The translations under genes and the position numbers were made by a program. This document shows, in pieces, positions 13,155 through 26,274 of a DNA stretch of 64,000 bases. The number at the start of each line of letters is the position of its first letter. Positions within the stretch are counted from its first letter, which is position 1. The notes beneath the pieces are model-generated. The model made no database searches. It was not told the DNA's origin and saw nothing but the letters and a program-made list of their open reading frames with translations. The stretch is from Octopus sinensis. Lineage: Eukaryota. Where the stretch lies: contig NC_043006.1 in assembly GCF_006345805.1 (NCBI RefSeq), forward strand, positions 32,674,001 through 32,738,000. The letters are read 5' to 3'.

Positions 13155-13483
13155 CCCCTTCGGTCAAGAATGACCATGTGATTGCACCTAGAAAGTTACC
13201 CTCCGAGGCACAAGTCCGGGCAAGGTTGTTTATGGAAGACCAGCAGTCACCTATGTATACCAGCTTCCCCGCTCTCCACACCACTGATATTATCCAAGGG
13301 AAAGGCAAAGGCCGATACAGCTTGGCACCAGTGACGTCGCAACTCATTTCTACAGCTGAGTGAACTGGGGCAACGTGAAATAAAGTGTCTTGGTCAAAAA
13401 CACATCATAAAGCCCGGTTCGGGAATCGAACTCACAACCTCACGATCGTAAGCTCGACGCTCTAACCACTGAGCCATGTGCCA
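13155..13483 (-). mobile_element. SINE family C
   Basis: Minus head GGCACATGGCTCAGTGGTTAGAGCGTCGAGCTTACGATCGTGAGGTTGTGAGTTCGATTCCCG with A and B boxes. Confidence 0.9.
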
Positions 13484-13607
13484 TCATAGAATAAGTATCA
13501 GTTATGTATTAGGGTCGATGCAATTTATTACATTCTCCAACACCGACTTGTCTCTATGAAAGAAATCACCTGAAACGCCTCCGAAGTTAAATATTACTTA
13601 CATGATT

Positions 13608-13810
13608 CTGGAAAAGTTAAATTAAGCAACGATAATTGGAATAGAGTGTCCAATAGAACTGTTACCAAAGGTTTGCATCCTTGGCCTGGCCAGAATAATC
13701 AGGAAAGTATTAGATAACTGAAAAGAACGAATAGTATGGTACCGTAGGCTGCAGATAATAAGCCCGCTACGCATGCAAGATTCCAGAGGCTCCAACAAAA
13801 CCTGTGATAA
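13608..13810 (+). mobile_element. R4/Dong-like 3' end, decayed
   Basis: ..IIGIECPIELLPKVCILGLARIIRKVLDN* (stop ends 13720) matches the RLE C-terminal motif. Confidence 0.65.
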
Positions 13811-13811
13811 A

Positions 13812-14095
13812 TGGGTGTGGCCTAGTGATTAGGGTATTGCACTGACGACCACTAGATCATGGGCTCGATTCCCGGAGCGGGCGGTGCATTGCGTTCTTGT
13901 GTAAACCACTTCATTTTACATTGTGTCAGTCTACCCAGCTGCAAGTTTGTAACTCTGCGATGGATTAGCCTTCCGATCAGGAAGAATACTAGCCTGCTTG
14001 CCTAGCCAGCGAGGCGGTGTCATTCAAAAGTACAACAATGTAAATAGCACTGTGACCAGCGATGCATTACAACATTCGATAGTCTGATCGACAGC
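13812..14095 (+). mobile_element. Diverged SINE family C-like copy
   Basis: GTGTGGCCTAGTGATTAGG..GGCTCGATTCCCGG..TTGCGTTCTTGTGTAAACCACTTCATTTTACATTG..CCCAGCTG. Confidence 0.7.
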
Positions 14096-14392
14096 TAGGT
14101 CAGGCGGCAAGGTTTCAGAATCGTTAACGCGTCGGATAGAATACTGAACGGCATTTCTTATGGCTCTGAATGTTGTGCGTTCAAAACTCTGCGAGGTTAA
14201 CTCTGACTTTCCATCTCTTCATGGCTGATAAAATAAAGTACCATTCAAGTACCGGGGAGGGGAGGGCGAGGTAATCGACTTGTTCCGTCCCCTCAAAATT
14301 GCTAGCCTCGAACCCCACAACAGACCAGCATTCTGTTCCAGGAGAATGTTCTTATCTCATCAACTTATGCGCCATGGGAACTGAGTAACGGG

Positions 14393-14588
14393 CAGAATCG
14401 TTAGCACGCCGGGTAAAATGCTTAGCGGCATTTCGTCCGTCTTTACGTTCTGAGTTCAATTTCTGCTCAGGTCAAGATTGCCATTCATCCTTAGGATTCG
14501 ATGAAATGAGTACCAGTTGACCACTCGGGTCAATGTAATCGACAAGCACCCTGCCACCATTTTCAGGCCTTGTGCCTATAATAGAAAG
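14393..14588 (+). mobile_element. SINE family A
   Basis: GGCAGAATCGTTAGCACGCCGGG..GAGTTCAATTTC..GGCCTTGTGCCTATAATAGAAAG. Confidence 0.85.
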
Positions 14589-14777
14589 TTTTAATACATA
14601 TTCTCGCAGTCGATATTGAAAATAAAACTGAAAAACGAAAGGGCAAAGAAGTGGCTGTGTAGTAATATTACAAATTCTGAGTGAGGAGGTACTAGTAGCA
14701 TTGGGTGTTTCATTATTATTAGTAGTAGTAGTCGATGTGATATTATCCTACTCCTCCTCCTCATCATCATCACCACC

Positions 14778-14832
<55 letters not shown>

Positions 14833-14833
<1 letters not shown>

Positions 14834-15802
14834 TTTTGCTTTTAATCTCCATGTTTGTTACAATTACTTGCCGAGACACACCCAGCATCCGAGGTCGAGC
14901 AAACGATAAGAGTTGTTACAGTGTGACTGAAAGCTTGGGGAAGGGAAGTGACAGGGGCAATAGTGAAATATCAAAGGCGGCGAGCTGGCAGAATCGTTAG
15001 CACGCCGGGCGAAATGCTTAGCGGTATTTCGTCTGCTGTTACGTTCTGAGTTCAAATTCCGCCGAGGTCGACTTTGCCTTTCATCCTTTCGGGGTCGATA
15101 AATTAAGTACCAGTTACGCACTGGGGTCGATGTAACCGACTTAATCTGTTTGTCTGTCCTTGTTTGTCCCCACTGTGTTTAGCCCCTTGTGAGTAATAAA
15201 GAAATAAATAGCGAAATATCTTCATGTAATGCAACACAAACATTTAAATGGATAGGGTTTTTTTCTAAGGTTGTGAGCTGTACTTGTGAGTAAAATCTTT
15301 TGGATTTCTCTGAGACATGGTTCTCCTGGGATCTTGTGTAGATGTTTCTGACATCCCATTTTTGCATAGCAAGGACACCTACAATAACAGAAACAGTTCT
15401 TGCTTTAAAATGCCGCATCTTTTGTATTTCAGTTTCCAGGTCCTTATATTTACTTAATTTGCCAAATTCCTCTACACATATATTTATATCAAATGGATCA
15501 CTTACATCTATTAGTCTACAAGTATTTTCTTCCTTATCTGTAATAATTATGTCTGATCGATTAGCCTCGATCGTTCTGTCACTGTTGACTGGAAAATTCC
15601 AGAGGATGGTGACATTTTTACCTTTGACGATTGGTTCAGGATGGTGTTCATACCAGTAAGCAGGAATGTTGATTTTGTAGTGTTTACATATTTCCCAATG
15701 TAAATACTGCCCTACCCTATCGTGATGATTTTCGCTTTCCTTTAGTGTCAGCGCAGGACATCATGAGACAAGATGGTCTACTGATTCGGCTAACGTGTCG
15801 CC
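14833..15802 (-). mobile_element. R4/Dong-like non-LTR retrotransposon, 5'-truncated (RLE domain plus 3' UTR)
   Basis: Minus translation ESVDHLVS*CPAL..HHDRVGQYLHWEICKHYKINIPAYWYEHHPEPIVKGKNVTILWNFPVNSDRTIEANRSDIIITDKEENTCRLIDVSDPFD..KLSKYKDLETEIQKM..VIVGVL; frameshifted end QKILLTSTAHNLRK; 3' UTR CTCGGCAAG..AAT..CAAA shared with 42474-42765. Confidence 0.9.
14973..15206 (+). mobile_element. SINE family A inserted in the Dong 3' UTR
   Basis: Full consensus copy; flanked by TSD AATAG(T/C)GAAATATC at 14959-14972 and 15207-15220. Confidence 0.92.
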
Positions 15803-15814
15803 TTATTATTATTA

Positions 15815-15859
<45 letters not shown>

Positions 15860-15947
15860 GTATCTACCGGGGGTTGTACTGCCCGTCATGTACATTATTA
15901 TTATTGTTATTGTTGTTGTGACTGTTGTTGTTGTTGTTGTGGCTGTT

Positions 15948-16125
15948 GTAGCAGAATAGCTAACGTATCGGGCGAAAATCTTTACGGCATTTCGTCCATC
16001 TCTACGTTCTGAGTTCAAATTCTGCCGAGGTCGATCTTAGCCTCATCGTTTCAGGATCGTAAAAATAGTACCAGTTTAGTATTGGGGTCCAAGTAACTAA
16101 CTCGAAATGTGCCTCTCATAGAAAG
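15948..16125 (+). mobile_element. SINE family A, diverged
   Basis: GCAGAATAGCTAACGTATCGGGCGAAAAT..GAGTTCAAATTCTGCCGAGGTCG. Confidence 0.8.
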
Positions 16126-16689
16126 AATTATTATCCACTATTAATTTTATCAATTCTTGTAAGGAATGGACGTCGTTTTTGAGCTCGTGAGCTTCTGTTG
16201 AATTTTGTGATTTCAAAGAGCGTTATTTTGGCTTTTGTTTTACCATTTTCTGAATGAGCTAATTAGCATTTCCTGAGAGTTATTGGATTTGTGAAATATT
16301 CTTCATTTTGAGGTGAATTTTGAAATTTCCAGTTGCAAAGGTTTACAAAAAAAATGTTTTTAACTATAAAACAAAAAAGAAAATATGGCTTCTGAAATCG
16401 AAGTGAGAGATGTCTCTTGGAAGAGAGCCGTTATGAAGATAGTTTCCTGCCTCTACCTGCTACAGTTAACATGGAATATATAATTAACAATAGCAACAAC
16501 ATTAACAACAGCACCAAGAACATAGAGAAAAAAGGAAAGTGAAAGCAGCACCACCACCACTTACACCATTACAGAGCCTAGAAAGAAGAACAACAGTAAG
16601 AAACAAAACAAAAAGAACATAGCAGCCAGCCCGACCGCCATCATTACCATCGCCACAGCACAAACAAGCTGAAAATAGTGACGCTTTTA

Positions 16690-16967
16690 TCAGTTACTTT
16701 TTTCGGTACTTATTCTATCAGTTTCTTTTGCTGAACCGCTAAGTTACGGGGGCGTAAACAGGCCGACACCGGTTGGCAAACACAAACATACATACACATA
16801 TATAATTATTAAAAACGGGCTTCTTTTCAGTATCCGTCTATCTAATTCACTCACAAGGTTTTAGTCGAGGCTGTAGTAGAAATTATTTGCCCAAGGTTCC
16901 ATGCAATGGGACTGAACTCGGATCCATGTGGTTGGGAAGCAAGCTTCTTACCGCTCAGCTACGCCAG
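16690..16967 (-). mobile_element. SINE family B
   Basis: TACTTATTCTATC..GAACCGCTAAGTTACGGGG..ACGGGCTTCTTTTCAG..GGGACTGAACTC..AAGCAAGCTTCTTACC. Confidence 0.85.
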
Positions 16968-17346
16968 GTGTGCAACCAGAGAACGGTTTGGGAAATACTT
17001 GTAGAAAACAAGGGCAGAGTTTATACCGGAAGAACTAAGTAATGCAAAAGCACATCTCATCAAGAATGGTAGAGCAATTTGCCTGAAAAGACTGCGACCA
17101 ATTCAAAAAGAAACGAAAAGGAAAATATTTATTTCTAAATGCATTGCAGGCAAAACGAAATTACTTTCGCGGACGACGTAGGTTCATGTAGAAAAATGGC
17201 TTCACGTAATCTGGACCTAAACACTCTGATGCTACTTCAGGAAGTTACTTTGGCACAGTTGAGGTGAGGTTACCAAATGAAGAAGCTGCAAAGGAGAACT
17301 CGACCACGACAATATAGAGTGGCTAACTGCTTCTGATCCCAATATT

Positions 17347-17557
17347 TATCCTACTCTAGGCACAAGGCTCGAAATGTTTGGGGAGGGGACAGTCGATTAG
17401 ATCGATCCCAGTATGCAATTGTCTCTTAATTTATCGACCTTGAAAAGATGAAAGGCAAAGTCGACCTCGGTGGAATTTGAATTCAAAACGTAAAGACAGA
17501 CGAAATATCGCTTAGCATTTCGCCCGGCGTGCTAACGTTTCTGCCAGCTCACCGCCT
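17347..17557 (-). mobile_element. SINE family A
   Basis: CTACTCTAGGCACAAGGC..ATGAAAGGCAAAGTCGACCTCGG..TTTCTGCCAGCTCACCGCC. Confidence 0.9.
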
Positions 17558-17655
17558 TGATTTCAATATATATATCGTTTGAAGAGTATTAAGGATAAAG
17601 GTGCTCCGAGACGCTCGCTCAGTTTGATTCGTTGTGTGTGTGTGTGTGCGCGCGC

Positions 17656-17692
<37 letters not shown>

Positions 17693-18009
17693 TTTAACTT
17701 GTAAAATTGCGTATAAGCCAACCGTATTATTTATAATGTTCACTTTTACTGTTTATGAAATCAACGAGCGATTTCAAAAGAAATCTTATAAACGTAGAAG
17801 GCGAGGCGAGTTTAACCCTAGGCGCGGGGAGAGCCACTAATGAGCATTAAAATGCAAACTCATCGATGATCTGGCTATGTCCTCTGCTGTAAGGAGCTTG
17901 CCTCCCTTGTCAGTCATTAAGATAGTGTTTTCCGTGGCTATTAACTTGTTTTGATTCTTATTTCTAGTAATAATGGTGCTGTTTAATGCCCTTTATCATT
18001 TTAATGACG

Positions 18010-18081
<72 letters not shown>

Positions 18082-18226
18082 TTCTCTCTCCTCTCTCTCT
18101 CTCTCTCTCTCTATATATAATATATATATATAGAGAGAGAGAGAGAGATTTTCCCAATCATTCACCATGCTGGACTTCTGAAATCTACAAGTTTCTTTCA
18201 CTCTCTCTGTTTATTTTCTCTTATTC

Positions 18227-18262
18227 CTTTCTGCTGAAGAGCGTAGGTCCGAAACGTAAAGG
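18227..18262 (+). ncRNA. Variant hammerhead-like motif (core CUGCUGA) in a PLE-type repeat
   Basis: CUUU CUGCUGA A GAGC GUAG GUCC GAAAC GUA AAGG; same layout as the other copies, with A6C and an imperfect stem II. Confidence 0.45.
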
Positions 18263-18370
18263 ACTTTTTCATTTTCCCGAGCGTCAAACTATTACACTTG
18301 ATTTCTGTTCCTACACCTGACTTCGTCTTTTGTTTTCTTTTTGTTATTCTATGAATTTCAACACTCTCAC

Positions 18371-18408
<38 letters not shown>

Positions 18409-19519
18409 CTCTCTGTATACATGCGCACGAGCATACACATATTGCTGTTGATTAAGCCTAATGAAGACCCTATGGAAGAAGTCCTTTCTAGGCGTGCGGA
18501 TTTATCTGTTACTTGCTTCTGTCACGTGACTGTGTCAATGCTGGTGCACGTCCTGGAAGATTTGAGTCAAACAAATCGTCTCTAATACTTGTTTTGTGGG
18601 ATTGTTGCTTAATCTATAGGGCTGTTTTACCAAACCACAAGTTTATGTGGACATAATAAATTATTCGGTCCGAGTTTTTAAATAAAGACACTTGCCCAAC
18701 ACACCGTGTAGGTTACAAAGCGAGCTTCTTAACCACACAGATATTTTTGCGTCTATTCTCATATTCTTTCTGATTTTTAAAAGGCAAGATATAGTTGGAG
18801 GGAGTCTCGTTTACTATTTCAAGTAGACAGATCAGCCGCAAAGAAGCTCCCGGTTTGGCTGTTCTTACTGAATACATACATGTAGGTACATCTTCGATGT
18901 CAACGTTCAGATTCACATATTTGTTTTGATACAGTTTCCGTAGAGTTTTGGCATTTGTCCAGTAAAAAATAGTGGAAAAACTATTAGAATGTAGAATCTA
19001 TGCGTGATTTCTGAATAAAAGATGTTCGGGCACTGGAAATGTTTGTAAAACGGAAAATAAATACTGTTTGGTCGTTAAATGAGAGACCAAATGTTTTCAC
19101 ACGTTGTCCAAAATACTAAAATACTTCCGATTAAAAAGAAGCAGGACTGCAAAATATGATACAAATGTACACACACACACACACGCGCGCGCACGCACAC
19201 GCACGCACACGCACGCACACACGCACACACACAAATACAAACGGACACACATGCAAACATTTATGGAGCCATATATTCTAATTCATAGTTGCGACATATC
19301 TGAATATCGCAATAACCTGCGTCGTGAGCAAGACGAATCCGATTCAATAAAGCATATAATTTCCAGCATGCGTTGACTACTCCTCTCATATTCATTCCAT
19401 GCTATACCGTCATTGTGTGCGCGCGTGACTGTGTGTGTGTATGCACATTGAAAGCATGGATATATATCTACATCTGCATCTATCTATCCATATCCATATG
19501 TACAGGTGAATATATATAT

Positions 19520-19589
<70 letters not shown>

Positions 19590-19613
19590 GGATATATATG
19601 TATGTATGTGTGC

Positions 19614-19657
<44 letters not shown>

Positions 19658-19662
<5 letters not shown>

Positions 19663-20080
19663 TTGTGTGGTAAGTAGCTTGCTTACCAACCACATGGTTC
19701 CGGGTTCAGTCCCACTGCGTGGCATCTTGGGCAAGTGTCTTCTGCTATAGCCTCGGCCGACCAATGCCTTGTGAGTGGATTTGGTAGACGGAAACTGAAA
19801 GAAGCCTGTCGTATATATGTATATATATATATATATATATATGTGTGGTGTGTGTGTGTGTATATGTTTGTGTGTCTGTGTTTGTTCCCCTAGCATTGCT
19901 AGACAACCGATGCTGGTATGTTTACGTCCCCGTCACTTAGCGGTTCGGCAAAAGAGACCGATAGAATAAGTACTGGGCTTACAAAGAATAAATCCCGGGG
20001 TCGATTTTGCTCGACTAAAGACGGTGCTCCAGCATGGCCGCAGTCAAATGACTGAAACAAGTAAAAGAGTAAAGAGAGTA
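19658..20080 (+). mobile_element. SINE family B, complete, with internal (TA)n(TG)n
   Basis: Head TGTGTGGTAAGTAGCTTGC..GGGTTCAGTCCCAC, internal microsatellite, 3' module, (GAGTAAA)n tail. Confidence 0.92.
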
Positions 20081-20889
20081 AAGCGTATATATTGGTGGAT
20101 ATAGGTGACTATTTATGTATAACTATATGTGTGTGTGTATATATATTAATATAATATATGCATATATATATGTATATGTATGTGTATATATATATATATG
20201 TGTGTGTGTGTGTGCGTGTGTACGTGCTGTGTATGTGTGTGTACAAGTACATTTGTGCTTGTATTAGCATAGTTCTGTGTATAATTGTGTACGCGTGAAA
20301 ATTCTTGAGTAAAAATTCAAAGCTGTCTTATGGATACCCTTGTATGTATGAGCCTATATGTTTGTATATATGAACGTATGTATACATTTTTACATTCCTG
20401 TATGTATTAGTATGTGTATGTGTATGTGTGTGTGTGTGTATGTGTGTGTGTAACTAAGCACCTGCTTGTGAGCGACATTTTTTCACCTGACATTTAAGTT
20501 TCAATTTTGTTACCTCTCTGTTTTTCTGCTTTTCCTTACGCGTCCACCCCTCTCACGCGCGTCCCCCCATATATTCCTACGTCACTTCACTGGACGCCAT
20601 TATAATTGCAACGTTATAACATTTGATCACTTGTTTTCTTTATTCACAATTTGGACAGAACTTATGGGATGACCTGATATATGAAAGATATATACATAAA
20701 TATACATATGCATGTATGTGTAAATGCAGATGTATAAGTACATATGTATATATCTATGTAGATAAATAGGAAAGAAGAATGAACCGAATGGAGATTTCTA
20801 GTTACATTCATGTTTCCAGAGCATGTTTATACTAAATACAAATACAAAAGTGCCTTCTATTTTACTAGACAAATAGTTACGCACACATA

Positions 20890-21275
20890 TGACTGGCACT
20901 CCGTCGGTTACGACGATGAGTGTTACAGTTGATCCGATCAACGGAACAGCCTGCTCGTGAAATTAAAGTGTAAGTGGCTGAGCACTCCACAGACACTATT
21001 AACGTAGTTCTCGGGGTGGGGCAGATTTAGCGTGACATAAAGTGTAACAAGGCTGGTCCCTTTGAAATACAGGTACTACAGAAACAGGAAGAAAGAGTGA
21101 GAGAAAGTTGTGTTGAAAGAGTACAGCAGGGTTCACCACCACCTGCTGCCGGAGATTCGTGGAGCTTTAGGTGTTTTCGCTCAATAAACACTCACAACAC
21201 CCGGTCTGGGAATCGAAACCGCGATCCTAAAACTGCGAGTCCGCTACCCTAACCACTGCGCCATTGCGCCTCCAC
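20890..21275 (-). mobile_element. tRNA-derived SINE family D (possibly Ceph-SINE-related)
   Basis: Minus head GGAGGCGCAATGGCGCAGTGGTTAGG..GGTTTCGATTCCC; 3' GCAGGCTGTTCCGTTGATCGGATCAACTG..ACCGACGGAGTGCCA; family name from memory, unverified. Confidence 0.85.
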
Positions 21276-22396
21276 TTACGCACACATATACAAACCTACA
21301 AATACATGTGTATATTCATCCATAAAAAGAGTAATTAAAAATTAACTAAGAATGTCACTACTTGGTTTGAACTTTCCTTTAGACCAAGCAATATACAATT
21401 CTGTGCTCTCTACTCACCTGAAATTGTAATAATTTATTGTATTAATATGAGCGCATCTCGTCTTGTGAGGATGTTTCTAAACATGTCTTCCCATATTAAC
21501 ACTTCATAATCCTTAATAACTGCTACGTTAGCTTCGATCGACTCTTGTTGCCAGAAGATGGTTCAAGACCCAAAAACTGGATAACCGTTAACTAGTATTG
21601 ACATCGCAACCTCATACAATCCCTCGTCTTCTGTGATTGCAACGTCAATATTTATCATTTGTTTTCATTTCGTATTTGCATTCTATTTTATCGTATTCTA
21701 TATTATCGTATTTGCATTTTTCGGTTTTCATGTGTTTACCGTTTATGCATACACTCATTCACATCATTGCGAATATGATATATTATGCTTCAGGTGAAGC
21801 GATATATTGGTTTGCCTTTGTATTCGTACACATTTTTGCATCTATTCTTTGTATCGTATGCATGTGACCTCTTGCTCGGTCTTTGCTTAATGGTTATTTT
21901 CCTGCATTCTGCCTATATCTGGCTGTCAACATTTTACCGTAAGCGCGCCACGCATACACACAGATACACACACATACACACACACACATGCAAATATACG
22001 GCGTACGTGTATACTTCTTTAGCATAAAATATACGCAATTTGTGTATATTGGTTACATATGTTATAGAAATATATTATTTTATTCGTTTGTGCGCCTATT
22101 TATGTTTGTGTACATGGCATATAGAAATGAGTAACTATGCGGGATTGTTACTCTCTCTCTCTCACTCTGTCCCTCTCACTCACTCTCACTCACACTCTCT
22201 CTCTCTCTTACTTCCTCTTACATACTTTCGCTCTGCATATATATGCATAACCATACACACACACGTGTGTATATATGTACAAGTGCAGATGGGCAAATAA
22301 AGTTATATGGATGTGTATGAGCACAAGGCATGTGTATGCGTCAGTGACTGTAATTCTACATACGTACAAACACATGAATTCATATATATATATATA

Positions 22397-22562
22397 TACG
22401 ACGGGCTTCTTTCAGTTTCCGCGTACCAAATCCACTCGCAATGCTTTGGTCGACTCGAAGCTATAGTAAAAGACACTCGCCCAAGGTGCCACGCAGTGGG
22501 ATTGAACTCGGAACCATGTGGTTGATAAGCAAGCTACTTACCACACACCCACTCCAGTGCCT
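22397..22562 (-). mobile_element. SINE family B 5' module
   Basis: ACGACGGGCTTCTTTCAGTTTCC..CCCAAGGTGCCACGCAGTGGGATTGAACTCGGAACCATGTGG. Confidence 0.88.
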
Positions 22563-22566
22563 ATAT

Positions 22567-22616
<50 letters not shown>

Positions 22617-22695
22617 AAACAAGTCAAAATATACATATATATACATATATATACATATATATATATATATATTATATAATATATATTATATATAC

Positions 22696-22783
<88 letters not shown>

Positions 22784-22784
22784 G

Positions 22785-22828
<44 letters not shown>

Positions 22829-22911
22829 ATATAGATACATATATATATATATATTATATATAACATATATATATATACATATATATACATATATATATAT
22901 ATATATACATA

Positions 22912-22960
<49 letters not shown>

Positions 22961-23459
22961 CATATATATACATACATACACACGCGCGCGCGTGTGTGTA
23001 TTATGAAATCTGTACGTATATTCGTATGCATATGTATGTAGATATGTGAGGAGTTTTAATGTGTGTAAGTGTATCCGTTATGTGTTCTTATTTGTCAGCG
23101 CATATATATTTCGGGTAACAAAGTGTCAGAAGTCTTAACAGGGTTACGTATGTCCATTGCTCATTTTTAGGAGAAATTTATTCGCTGGCATCTACATCGA
23201 AGCCTACATCCACCGTATATCGTTATTTTATGATTAGCTGTTTTTTTTATCTCCTGCAGGTACTTCATTATATTCTAAACAGCGCATGCACTTTTACATA
23301 TTTATGTACATACGTATTTATATACATATACATATTTACAAACAGATGTGCACACACACGTATACCTATCGAACCCTGCATATTTATGTATTAGAAACTA
23401 TAAATACATCTATATATGTAGATGCAAATATATACATATATACATATATACATACATTC

Positions 23460-23499
<40 letters not shown>

Positions 23500-23503
<4 letters not shown>

Positions 23504-24285
23504 ATAGGCGCAGGCGTGGCTGTCTAGTAAGAAGCTTGCTTCTCAACGGCATGTTTCCGTGTTCAATCCCACTGTGTGGCACACTGGGTAAGTGTCTTCT
23601 ACTATGGCGTCGCGCCGACCAAAGTCTTGTGAATGGATTTGGTAGACGGAAACTGAAAGAAGCCCGTCGATATATATATAAACGAAGAACAAACAAACAA
23701 AAACAACAACGCGAGTACGTAGTACATGTAAAGTATTAGCAGACGCTCAGGGAAGGAAAGAAAGGTGGTTTAACGTTTCGAGCAAAGCTCTTCTTCAGAA
23801 ACAGAGAAAAGTCCAATAGAAACGGAAGACGGAGGAATAAATCGCCATACATACACACACACACACACCACACACACACACACACACACAACATATATAT
23901 ATATATGTGTGTGGTGTGTGTGGGTGTGTGTGTGTTGTATAGGCGCAGGCGTGGCTGTCTAGTAAGAAGCTTGCTTCTCAACGGCATGGTTTCCGTGTTC
24001 AATCCCACTGTGTGGCACACTGGGTAAGTGTCTTCTACTATGGCGTCGCGCCGACCAAAGTCTTGGAATGGATTTGGTAGACGGAAACTGAAAGAAGCCC
24101 GTCGATATATATATAAACGAAGAACAAACAAACAAAAACAACACGCGAGTACGTATTACATGTAAAGTATTAGCAGACGCTCAGGGAAGGAAGAAAGGTG
24201 GTTTAACTTTCGAGCAAAGCTCTTCTTCAGAACAGAGAAAAGTCCAATAGAAACGGAAGACGGAGGAATAAATCGCCATACATCA

Positions 24286-24300
<15 letters not shown>
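23500..24300. repeat. Tandem duplication (~433 bp) of SINE-B head plus PLE-type repeat
   Basis: SINE heads at 23506 and 23941; hammerhead motifs at 23768 and 24201; copies differ mainly by 1-bp indels and microsatellite length. Confidence 0.92.
23768..23802 (-). ncRNA. Minimal type-I hammerhead ribozyme
   Basis: Minus: GUUU CUGAAGA A GAGC UUU GCUC GAAAC GUU AAAC; stems I and II pair perfectly, stem III is palindromic AACGUU. Confidence 0.75.
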
Positions 24301-24319
<19 letters not shown>

Positions 24320-24341
24320 ACCACCCACACAATATATATAT

Positions 24342-24380
<39 letters not shown>

Positions 24381-25435
24381 ATATGTTTGTGTGTCTGTAT
24401 TTGTTCTTCCACCATCGCTTGACAACTAATGTTGTTGTGTTTACGTCCCCTAAAGTAACCGATAGAATAAGTACTAACCTAACAAAGAAGGTTACTATCC
24501 TTACAAAGTCTTGGGTGTCGATTTCTTCGATTCAAAAACCCTTTAAGGCGTTGCTGCAACATGGCCGCAGTCAAATAACTGAAAGAAATAAAAGCATAAT
24601 AGAATAAATATATACATATATTTACACACACTAACACACATATTTTGTGCTTGTGTGTGTTGGTTTATATACATAAACATGTATGTGTGTGAATCTCCCT
24701 CTCCCTACCTCTCTCTCTTCTCATATATATTATATATATATATATACAAATGCAGAGTTTACATGTATTATGTATAAATGTGAATATCTACAGCTGTCCA
24801 TCCACAGATTTTTTAACATATGTCTATTTGTAGAATGAACCTTTCTGCTTATTGCAGCATAAACCAAATATACAAACCATATTCACCCTTCGCTTTGGGA
24901 TTTTTCTGAGCAGAATCAATGTTTTTTATATAACTTTTGACATTAATTGCTAACCTGCAACTGATGTTTCAATCACTAAACGATCCTATTTTTAAAATGC
25001 AATCACATCTTTTATTACTCGCTGGAATTTTTAAAATAAGCTTTCCATATTTCCAGTTCTTTTGCTCTCGGAGAGAAGGATGTGAGTTTTTTCCCCTTTT
25101 TCTTGAACCTCTCCCATAGATTGTTTATGTTTCTCCTTCAAAGTTTTGTCTTTTTCTTATAATACTCAATGATTACTTGCGAAATTTGAACTACTTCATA
25201 TCTTCTGATTTAACATTTTGTCCCCCAATTGTTCATTGCTTTATTCTTGCTTATTCCTTATTCCTATTTTTTGCCCTTTTTGATAAGTTTGGTATATTTG
25301 GGAATTAGGGATGATTGTTTTTCATCGCGGATAGAATAAATACCGGGCTTTAAATATATATATATATATATATATATATAGTATATATATATATATAAAT
25401 TTTCAACGGGGTACCCCAGCATGGTCGCAATCTAT

Positions 25436-25649
25436 TCTTTTCTGCTATAGGCACAAGGGCCGAAATTCTGAGGGAGGGGCTCAGTCGATTAAATCGACCC
25501 CAGTACGCAACTAGTACTTAATTTATCGACCCCGAAAGGATGAAGGGCAAAGTCGACCTCAGTAGAATTTGAACTCAGAACATAAGGACAGACGAAATAC
25601 TGCTAAGCATTTCGCCCGGCGTGCTAACGTTTCTGCCATCTCGCCGCCT
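25436..25649 (-). mobile_element. SINE family A
   Basis: Near-consensus copy ending TTTCTGCCATCTCGCCGCC. Confidence 0.9.
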
Positions 25650-26274
25650 TCTGGTCGTAATCTATTGACTAAAGAAGTCGCCAATACCCGTATATACATA
25701 CATACACACACACATATATTTATATATACACATATAAGTATCTTCGGTGTCTGCGTGTGTCTGCGTGTGTCTGCGTGTGTTTGCGTATGTGCGTGCATCT
25801 GTCTGTCTGTCAATGTGTGTGTGTCTTAATATATCTCATAAAATACACGAGAGGGTCTCCTTTTAAGCTATTGATTTTTAAGAAAGTTTTAGATTTCTAA
25901 AAACCAAATTACTTAGTATATTCAGATTTTTGTTTCTTTGTGTATATAGAATTTACACTTCTTCATAACTAAGACTCATTAATTATTGCTTTTGGCATAA
26001 TTATTTTCTAGATTCAAAACATCTGTAGTCATACGATTTATTCTGTGAAATCCAATGTCTACGTGCAAGCTCTCCTTACAATGCAAGCTTGAAATTTTCT
26101 GAAGACTATTGTCTTAGATTCGTCGTTTCTGAAATTTTTTTGAATTTGGCATTGTTTACATAGAATACAGATCTGTGGCTTATTTCTACATTGATTTCGA
26201 TGTTGCATTTGTCAAAGAGAAAACTTCAGCAGTTACAATTAATTAATCTTGTAGAATAAACATAGGCATTAAGA

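Noticed and set aside
13425-13483. tRNA-Arg-like sequence as a tRNA gene
   Set aside because: It is the head of a SINE, continues into the SINE body and lacks a proper acceptor stem; the same applies to the other SINE heads.
17000-17330. FADDVG and GTVEVRLPNEEAAK as retroelement remnants
   Set aside because: Motifs are short, interrupted by stops and of inconsistent origin (RT-like versus ORF1-like); cannot assign.
21418-21940. A-rich minus-strand stretch with CKYD/DVNEC-like words ending at a strong GTGAGT donor
   Set aside because: Stops in every frame; would need several frameshifts.
24850-25330. Minus-strand LWERFKKK..EIWKAYFKN as a LINE remnant
   Set aside because: Only a vague resemblance with many stops; unsupported.
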